DNA from: an uncultured Candidatus Saccharibacteria bacterium
GTDB lineage: Bacteria; Patescibacteriota; UBA1384; XYA2-FULL-43-10; 1-14-0-10-43-13
Direction: 5' to 3'
NCBI GenBank assembly: GCA_964406145.1
Contig: CAYOQP010000007.1
Coordinates: 1 to 40,051, forward strand
DNA: 40,051 nt
This document shows positions 34,472 to 40,051 of this stretch, piece after piece. Within the stretch, counting starts at the first letter, position 1, and each line of letters begins with the position of its first letter. The notes under the pieces are model-generated. The model ran no database searches and was not told the DNA's origin. It saw only the letters and a list, made by a program, of their open reading frames with translations. The position numbers were made by a program, and so were the translations under genes.

Positions 34472-35791
34472 ATGAAATTGGAAATTAAAAAAACCAACGA
34501 CCCAATATTGAGACAGCCAGCAGAGGATGTAATCTCTTTTGATATGGAACTCCAAGAGATTGTCGATAATATGATCGAAACAATGCGAGCAAATAATGGT
34601 ATCGGTCTTGCCGCCCCTCAAGTCGGAATTTCTAAAAAAATTATCGTTTGTGAATTTCCAGGTGATGAAGAGGCTAAAATTCCGCCAATTCCCCTAACGG
34701 TTGTCTGCAATCCCAAAATAACATCGGCATCAAAGGAAATATGTAAAATGGTAGAAGGCTGTCTGTCTTTTCCAGGAATGGAGATTCTAGTCGACAGACC
34801 CAAGGAAATCACAATCGAAGGTTTAGACCGTTATGGCAAGGAAATCAAAATTTCTACCAAGGGCTTGCACTCTAGGGTATTACAACACGAAAATGATCAC
34901 CTAAATTCTATTTTGTTTATCGACCATATGAAGGAGGTTAGAACTATTTTCATCGGCACTGGCTCCCTCGGTGTCCCAGCGCTTGAGGCTCTGGCCGTCG
35001 ACCCACAATATAAAATTGAAATGGTTATCACTTCACATTTCGAAGCCACTTCAAGAACAAAGAACGATAACTTGATCGAAGAAATTGCCAAAAAATACAA
35101 TCTTCCAATCATCAAAACAAAAAATATCAATTCGGAAGACATCGTCGGAAAAATCAAAGCGTTAAAGCCAGAGCTTGGCATCATGGCTGATTTCGGTCAA
35201 ATAATAAAGAAAGACATATTAGATATTCCAAAATACGGCATCATTAATATTCATCCTTCGCTCTTGCCAAAACATCGCGGCCCATCTCCTGTCCAGCAGA
35301 CTATTCTAGACGGAGACAAAAAAACTGGAGTCAGTCTGATTTTAACAAGTGAAAAAATGGATGCTGGAGCAATAATTTCTCAGGCAAGCATCAAGTTGCT
35401 TGGCAGTGAGACCTCAACAATTCTAAAAGATTATTTAGCCAAAATTGGCGCTTCCATTCTCTTGAACTCTGTCCCCTTTTATATCACTGGGGATCTCAAA
35501 CCAATAGCCCAAGACGAGAATAAGGCAACATTTAGTCACTTATTTCACAAAACAGATGGTCTAATCGATCAAAAGACTGATCCGACTGAGATCGAGAGAA
35601 AAGTCAGAGCCTTTGATCAATGGCCAAAAGTTTACACGATAGCTAAGAAAATGCGAATTCAGATAATCGCGACTCATTTCGATAAAGAAGGCAATTTTGT
35701 CATTGATCGCGTCAAGCCAGAAGGCAAGAAAGAAATGAGCTACGAAGATTTCAAAAGAGGGTACCGCGTTACATTGACATTTGGGCAATAA
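34472..35791 (+). CDS. def-fmt: Peptide deformylase / methionyl-tRNA formyltransferase fusion
   Basis: Def motifs GIGLAAPQ, EGCLS and QHENDH continue in frame into Fmt motifs IFIGT, INIHPSLLPKHRGPSP and MDAG. Confidence 0.93.
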   Translation: MKLEIKKTNDPILRQPAEDVISFDMELQEIVDNMIETMRANNGIGLAAPQVGISKKIIVCEFPGDEEAKIPPIPLTVVCNPKITSASKEICKMVEGCLSFPGMEILVDRPKEITIEGLDRYGKEIKISTKGLHSRVLQHENDHLNSILFIDHMKEVRTIFIGTGSLGVPALEALAVDPQYKIEMVITSHFEATSRTKNDNLIEEIAKKYNLPIIKTKNINSEDIVGKIKALKPELGIMADFGQIIKKDILDIPKYGIINIHPSLLPKHRGPSPVQQTILDGDKKTGVSLILTSEKMDAGAIISQASIKLLGSETSTILKDYLAKIGASILLNSVPFYITGDLKPIAQDENKATFSHLFHKTDGLIDQKTDPTEIERKVRAFDQWPKVYTIAKKMRIQIIATHFDKEGNFVIDRVKPEGKKEMSYEDFKRGYRVTLTFGQ

Positions 35792-35832
35792 TTTGTTACT
35801 TTTGTATTGCAAAATTTTTTTATAGGAGAAAA

Positions 35833-36297
35833 ATGTTAGTAATCAGATTAACCAGAGTTGGAAAGAAAAACAGCCCCGCCTATCGCGTAGTTGTCGCCGA
35901 CAAAAGAAAAGCAGTCAAGAGAAAATTCATTGAAATTCTTGGCCATTACAATCCTGCTTCGACACCGAAGCAATTGGTCATCAACAAAGAGAAATCTTTG
36001 GAATGGATCAGTAAGGGAGCTCAGCCTTCAGACACAGTCAAAAATTTGATGTGTGATTTGGGTATTTTAGCCAAGGACAAAAAAGTCAAAGTCACTTACG
36101 GCAAGAAAACCAAGAAAAAAGATGCTGGTAAAGAGACCGAAGAGAAAGTAGAGAAAAAAGAAGAAGTAGCAGCAGAAGAGTCAGAAGAAGCTGAAGAAAC
36201 AGCAACAGAAAAAACTACCGAGGAAGCAACTCCAGAATCTCAAGAAGAGACCGCTCCAGAAGCAGAAGAGAATGAAGCCGAAAAAGCTGTTGAATAG
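35833..36297 (+). CDS. rpsP: 30S ribosomal protein S16 with long acidic tail
   Basis: MLVIRLTRVGKK..P.YRVVVAD, LGHYNP, GAQPSDTV. Confidence 0.97.
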   Translation: MLVIRLTRVGKKNSPAYRVVVADKRKAVKRKFIEILGHYNPASTPKQLVINKEKSLEWISKGAQPSDTVKNLMCDLGILAKDKKVKVTYGKKTKKKDAGKETEEKVEKKEEVAAEESEEAEETATEKTTEEATPESQEETAPEAEENEAEKAVE

Positions 36298-36385
36298 GTT
36301 ATTCAACTCCGCTATCATTAAACTGTAATAGTAAGTAAATAATTCTACACACCGCCTCAAGAGAACCGGTGTCAGAAAGGAACAA

Positions 36386-36736
36386 ATGGCAGACGAAGAC
36401 CAGAAATTCGTAGAGGACGTTGTCAAAGCAATTGTTGACAATCCAGCTGACGTCAAAACAGAGAGAACCATCGACGAAAGAGGAGTGCTGATTAAACTCT
36501 ACGTCAACCCAGAAGATATGGGCAAAATCATTGGCAAAGACGGTAAGACCGCTAAGGCCATTAGAACATTACTTAGAGTATTTGGTGCAAAAAATAATGC
36601 TAGACTCAACCTCAAAATTGTAGAACCAGAAGGGTCAGAAAGACCAGAAAAACGCGAAGAGGTTGAAGAAGAAGTCACGGAAGAAAAAACACAGAAAAAT
36701 GTAATGGATGATGTTCCAAGCGACGTCCTTGCATAA
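36386..36736 (+). CDS. khpA: KH-domain RNA-binding protein KhpA
   Basis: IVDNP.DV, DMGKIIGKDGKTAKAIR; follows rpsP. Confidence 0.92.
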   Translation: MADEDQKFVEDVVKAIVDNPADVKTERTIDERGVLIKLYVNPEDMGKIIGKDGKTAKAIRTLLRVFGAKNNARLNLKIVEPEGSERPEKREEVEEEVTEEKTQKNVMDDVPSDVLA

Positions 36737-36754
36737 ATATAATACAAATTTAAA

Positions 36755-36789
36755 GAATCGCCACAGTTCTTCGGACTTGGCGATTTTTT
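36755..36789 (+). terminator. Intrinsic terminator between khpA and trmD
   Basis: AATCGCCA...C-TTCG-G...TGGCGATT followed by TTTT. Confidence 0.7.
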
Positions 36790-36804
36790 GTTAGAAAGGC
36801 AAAA

Positions 36805-37458
36805 ATGAAATTTAATATTATCACATTGTTTCCAGAAATGTTTGCTGGTCCCTTATCAGAGAGCATAATTAAACGTGCTCAAGAGAAGAATTTAATTGAG
36901 GTTAATTACTATAACCTGCGCGACTTTGCCGAAGATAAACACAAAACTGTCGATGATACTCCGTATGGTGGCGGCCAGGGTATGGTCCTCAAAGTCGACG
37001 TCATGGATCGGGCGATCAACGCAATTAAAACCAAATCTAAAAAAATCAGAAAAATATTATTGACCCCTCAGGGCAAGATTTTTAATCAGGAAAAAGCGAT
37101 TGAATTAGCTCAAAATTATGACGAACTGGTATTAGTTTGCGGTCATTACGAAGGATTTGATCAAAGAATCAGAGAAAACTTGATCGATGAAGAAATCTCA
37201 ATTGGCGAATTTGTTCTAACTGGCGGAGAATTACCAGCCATGATACTCGTTGATGCAATTTCCAGGATGGTGCCGGGGGTCTTGAGTCCCGGATCAGCCG
37301 ACGAAGAAACTTTCATGCAAAAAGATAAGGCTGGAAAATATTTAAAAGAATATCCCCAATATACTAGACCCATTGAATATAATGGCTGGAAAGTGCCAGA
37401 GATTTTAGCATCAGGAAATCACGGGGAAATAAAAAAATGGCGTGAAAGCCAAAGATAA
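36805..37458 (+). CDS. trmD: tRNA (guanine37-N1)-methyltransferase
   Basis: ITLFPEMF, VDDTPYGGG.GM, CGHYEGFDQR, SIGEFVLTGGE, YPQYTRP. Confidence 0.98.
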   Translation: MKFNIITLFPEMFAGPLSESIIKRAQEKNLIEVNYYNLRDFAEDKHKTVDDTPYGGGQGMVLKVDVMDRAINAIKTKSKKIRKILLTPQGKIFNQEKAIELAQNYDELVLVCGHYEGFDQRIRENLIDEEISIGEFVLTGGELPAMILVDAISRMVPGVLSPGSADEETFMQKDKAGKYLKEYPQYTRPIEYNGWKVPEILASGNHGEIKKWRESQR

Positions 37459-37470
37459 TTTAGGGGGTGA

Positions 37471-37512
37471 GTGACGCTTTGACTCACTGGGTGAACAGAG
37501 TCAAAGCGTCAC
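37471..37512. repeat. Perfect 15-bp inverted repeat between convergent genes
   Basis: GTGACGCTTTGACTC-12 nt-GAGTCAAAGCGTCAC. Confidence 0.8.
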
Positions 37513-37531
37513 GGGCTACGATGTATGCTGC

Positions 37532-37780
37532 TTACGCTGCAGCCGGAGCGGATTGCAGTACGCGACCGCGCGTGGGACGATTGCCGTTTTTCGGCAGGGA
37601 CACGAGATGTGCCCAAACGTCCTCGACGGTCCGGTCGATCCAGGTCTTGATCGTCCTCAACTTCTTACCGACGCGGTGAGAGATCTCGACCTGGACTTTA
37701 CGTCCACGTTCCAGCTCGCGCTCAATACGCGAGACCAAACTCCGTGCCCACTTGGGGCAAGTGCTGCTGGGGGATGCCAT
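37532..37780 (-). CDS. GC-rich orphan basic protein (82 aa)
   Basis: AGGAGG SD 6 nt before ATG 37780; MASPSSTCPKWARSLVSRIERELERGRK...; own promoter. Confidence 0.7.
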   Translation of the reverse strand: MASPSSTCPKWARSLVSRIERELERGRKVQVEISHRVGKKLRTIKTWIDRTVEDVWAHLVSLPKNGNRPTRGRVLQSAPAAA

Positions 37781-37912
37781 ATGAGGCCTCCTAAGATTGG
37801 AATGCCTGCTCCCAGATTGTGCTGGTTTGCATCTAAAGAGCAGGGTTAGAGCGCTCACGCCCTAGACCCTACTCTCTAAAAGTGGTACTATACCATCTCG
37901 GATATGTCGTTT

Positions 37913-37940
37913 ATTGTATCACTTTGTTTGAATTAGTCAA
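37913..37940 (-). promoter_or_regulatory. Promoter of the orphan gene
   Basis: Minus strand TTGACT-16 nt-TACAAT with TG extension. Confidence 0.55.
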
Positions 37941-37950
37941 GAGAAATAAT

Positions 37951-37959
37951 TGTGAATAA
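37951..37959 (-). promoter_or_regulatory. DnaA-box-like site immediately upstream of uvrB
   Basis: TGTGAATAA reads TTATTCACA on the minus strand (TTATNCACA). Confidence 0.4.
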
Positions 37960-37964
37960 CCTTT

Positions 37965-39974
37965 ATGGGACAGAATAAATTTAAATTAGAATCGGTCTTC
38001 AAGCCAACCGGCGACCAGCCAGCCGCTATTACTGAAATAACCGAGAATTTAAGAAAGGGAGTTAAGCATCAGACTCTCTGGGGTGTCACAGGCAGTGGCA
38101 AGACTTTTACAATGGCGAATGTCATTAATAATATTCAAAAGCCAACACTAGTCATCGCCCATAACAAGACTTTGGCCGCTCAACTTGCCGATGAATTTAG
38201 ACAATTTTTCCCCGAAAATGAAGTCCATTACTTTGTTTCCTACTACGACTATTACCAGCCCGAGGCCTATATCCCCCATTCTGATACTTATATCGAAAAA
38301 GATTCGTCAATTAATGATGAGATCGATCGCCTTCGCCACGCCGCAACTCATGCCCTTCTGACTCGAAAGGATGTAATTATAGTTGCTTCGGTGTCTTGTA
38401 TCTATGGTATCGGCTCACCAGAATTCTATTTACGAGAAAACTTCAAATTCCAAGTTGGTGAAAAAATTAATCGCCACGATTTTCTTTCCAAGCTCAACAA
38501 TCTTCAATATGGCCGAAATGACGTTGAAGTAAAGCGCGGAAGCTATCGATTAAGGGGCGACGTACTTGAGATCCTTCCTGCCTATGCGACCAATTCCATA
38601 AAAATTGAATTCTTTGGCGACACAGTCGAAAAAATTTCCGAGATGGACTGGATCACCGGAAGACCATTAAAAGATCTGCAAGAATTTGAGGTATTCCCTG
38701 CCACCCACTTCTTGACGCCGCCAGATTTGCAGAAGAAAGCTATCGGTCAAATTCGCGAAGATCTCAAGATTCAAGTCGACAAATTTAAAAAGAATGATCG
38801 TCCGCTAGAAGCTGAAAGAATTGAACAGAGAACCAATTTTGATCTAGAAATGCTTGAGGAAACCGGTAGCTGTTCGGGGGTTGAAAACTATTCACGTTAT
38901 TTTGACGGCCGTAAACCCGGCGACCCAGCGACTACACTGATTGACTATTTCCCTAAAGATTTTCTGCTTTTTATCGACGAATCGCACATGACTGTACCGC
39001 AAATTGGTGGCATGTTTGCCGGAGATCTTTCACGCAAAGAGAAACTGGTCGAATATGGGTTTCGTCTGCCATCAGCTTATGACAATCGACCACTTAGATT
39101 TGCTGAGTTTTATAAAAAAATCAACGATTTAGTTTTTGTTTCTGCAACACCGAGTAATTATGAGATCGAGAAAAGCTCTTCTGCGAATGAAGTGTCTGGT
39201 CATAAAAAATCATACGAAGCGATTGTGAAGCAATTTATTAGACCGACCGGATTACTCGACCCAATAGTTGAAGTCAGAAAAACAAAGGGCCAGATTGACA
39301 ATTTACTTGAGGAAATAAACTCTATTGTAGCTAAAAAACAGAGAGTTTTGGTCACAACCTTAACCAAGAGAATCGCCGAGGAACTAACAGACTATTTAAA
39401 AGAACGGAATATCAAGGTGGCCTATCTCCACTCAGATGTCCCGACACTAGATCGTCTAGAGATACTTCACAAGCTTCGACTTGGCAAATTCGACGTCTTA
39501 ATCGGCATTAATTTACTCAGAGAAGGACTCGACCTACCAGAAGTCTCGCTCGTCGCGATTCTCGACGCTGATAAAGAGGGATTCCTGCGTAGCAAAACTT
39601 CGCTAATTCAGACAATGGGTAGAGCCGCTCGTCATGCCGACGGCAGAGTAATTCTCTATGCTGATGTCATGACAGAATCAATCAAATCTGCAATTGCCGA
39701 AACAAATGAGAGAAGAAAATTGCAAGAAAAACACAATCTTGAAAACAATATCAACCCGACAAGTATCTCAAAAGATGTTGCTCCAGAAAAAATCGAAGAG
39801 GAAAAAGAACTTTCAGAGATTGATAAAGACTTTCATAAGCTGTCCAAAACAGAGAAGAAAAACGTAATAAATAGTATGAAGAAAAGAATGGAGGAAGCCG
39901 CTCTCAATCTCGAATTTGAGAGAGCGGCAGAACTAAGAGATCAAATTGTAGTAATGGAATCTAGAATAAAATAA
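37965..39974 (+). CDS. uvrB: Excinuclease ABC subunit B
   Basis: PTGDQP, GVTGSGKT, YFVSYYDYYQPEAY, DESH, C-terminal UVR domain. Confidence 0.99.
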   Translation: MGQNKFKLESVFKPTGDQPAAITEITENLRKGVKHQTLWGVTGSGKTFTMANVINNIQKPTLVIAHNKTLAAQLADEFRQFFPENEVHYFVSYYDYYQPEAYIPHSDTYIEKDSSINDEIDRLRHAATHALLTRKDVIIVASVSCIYGIGSPEFYLRENFKFQVGEKINRHDFLSKLNNLQYGRNDVEVKRGSYRLRGDVLEILPAYATNSIKIEFFGDTVEKISEMDWITGRPLKDLQEFEVFPATHFLTPPDLQKKAIGQIREDLKIQVDKFKKNDRPLEAERIEQRTNFDLEMLEETGSCSGVENYSRYFDGRKPGDPATTLIDYFPKDFLLFIDESHMTVPQIGGMFAGDLSRKEKLVEYGFRLPSAYDNRPLRFAEFYKKINDLVFVSATPSNYEIEKSSSANEVSGHKKSYEAIVKQFIRPTGLLDPIVEVRKTKGQIDNLLEEINSIVAKKQRVLVTTLTKRIAEELTDYLKERNIKVAYLHSDVPTLDRLEILHKLRLGKFDVLIGINLLREGLDLPEVSLVAILDADKEGFLRSKTSLIQTMGRAARHADGRVILYADVMTESIKSAIAETNERRKLQEKHNLENNINPTSISKDVAPEKIEEEKELSEIDKDFHKLSKTEKKNVINSMKKRMEEAALNLEFERAAELRDQIVVMESRIK

Positions 39975-39981
39975 TTGTCGA

Positions 39982-40051
39982 CTATTTTTTGATTGCCTTT
40001 TCCTTCTCTATCGTAATTTTCTTGTTTACTGTCTCGATCTCATCCTGAGCT
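39982..40051 (-). CDS. C-terminal fragment of a gene entering from the right edge
   Basis: Open frame ...AQDEIETVNKKITIEKEKAIKK-TAG, convergent with uvrB. Confidence 0.5.
   Translation of the reverse strand, partial: AQDEIETVNKKITIEKEKAIKK

Noticed and set aside
36120-36295. GAA-rich repeat-like tract
   Set aside because: Explained by the Glu/Lys-rich S16 tail; no exact periodicity.
37800-37832. c-di-GMP-I riboswitch (GCAAACC...GGGAGCAGGC on the minus strand)
   Set aside because: Only a partial resemblance; it lacks the GNRA tetraloop and the second stem with its receptor.
1-40051. CRISPR array, transposase, integrase, rRNA, or stop-codon recoding
   Set aside because: No spaced direct repeats or mobility motifs were seen. 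Core genes translate fully in code 11 and TGA acts as a stop (e.g. 2012, 9304).

Overview
This is a ~40 kb stretch of a small-genome, AT-rich bacterium using the standard genetic code. The gene content and shortened housekeeping proteins suggest a Patescibacteria/CPR lineage (inference, not a database result). Most of the window is core machinery: valS, ileS (type 2), uvrA, uvrB, priA, der, infC-rpmI-rplT, rpsP-khpA-trmD, a def-fmt fusion, galE, lgt-dksA-lspA, lepB, RNase P RNA and tRNA-Gln. The standout accessory locus (5983-10968) is a divergent four-gene unit. A geranylgeranyl-reductase-family flavoenzyme and a UbiA-family prenyltransferase sit in the middle, each co-oriented with its own multi-TM (HisKA_7TM-like) receptor: one is a histidine kinase, the other a membrane-tethered sigma4/HTH-like regulator. 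The enzymes and both sensor domains form an AT-rich block, while the two cytoplasmic output domains have host-like composition. This suggests a swappable signal-synthase plus receptor cassette for a prenylated small-molecule signal. Other points of interest are a hairpin-rich element duplicating the tRNA-Gln 3' end, four GC-rich single-gene islets, an in-frame heptamer repeat in ileS, a reduced RNase P RNA, apparent leaderless mRNAs, and small genes missed by the ORF track. No CRISPR array, integrase or transposase was seen.
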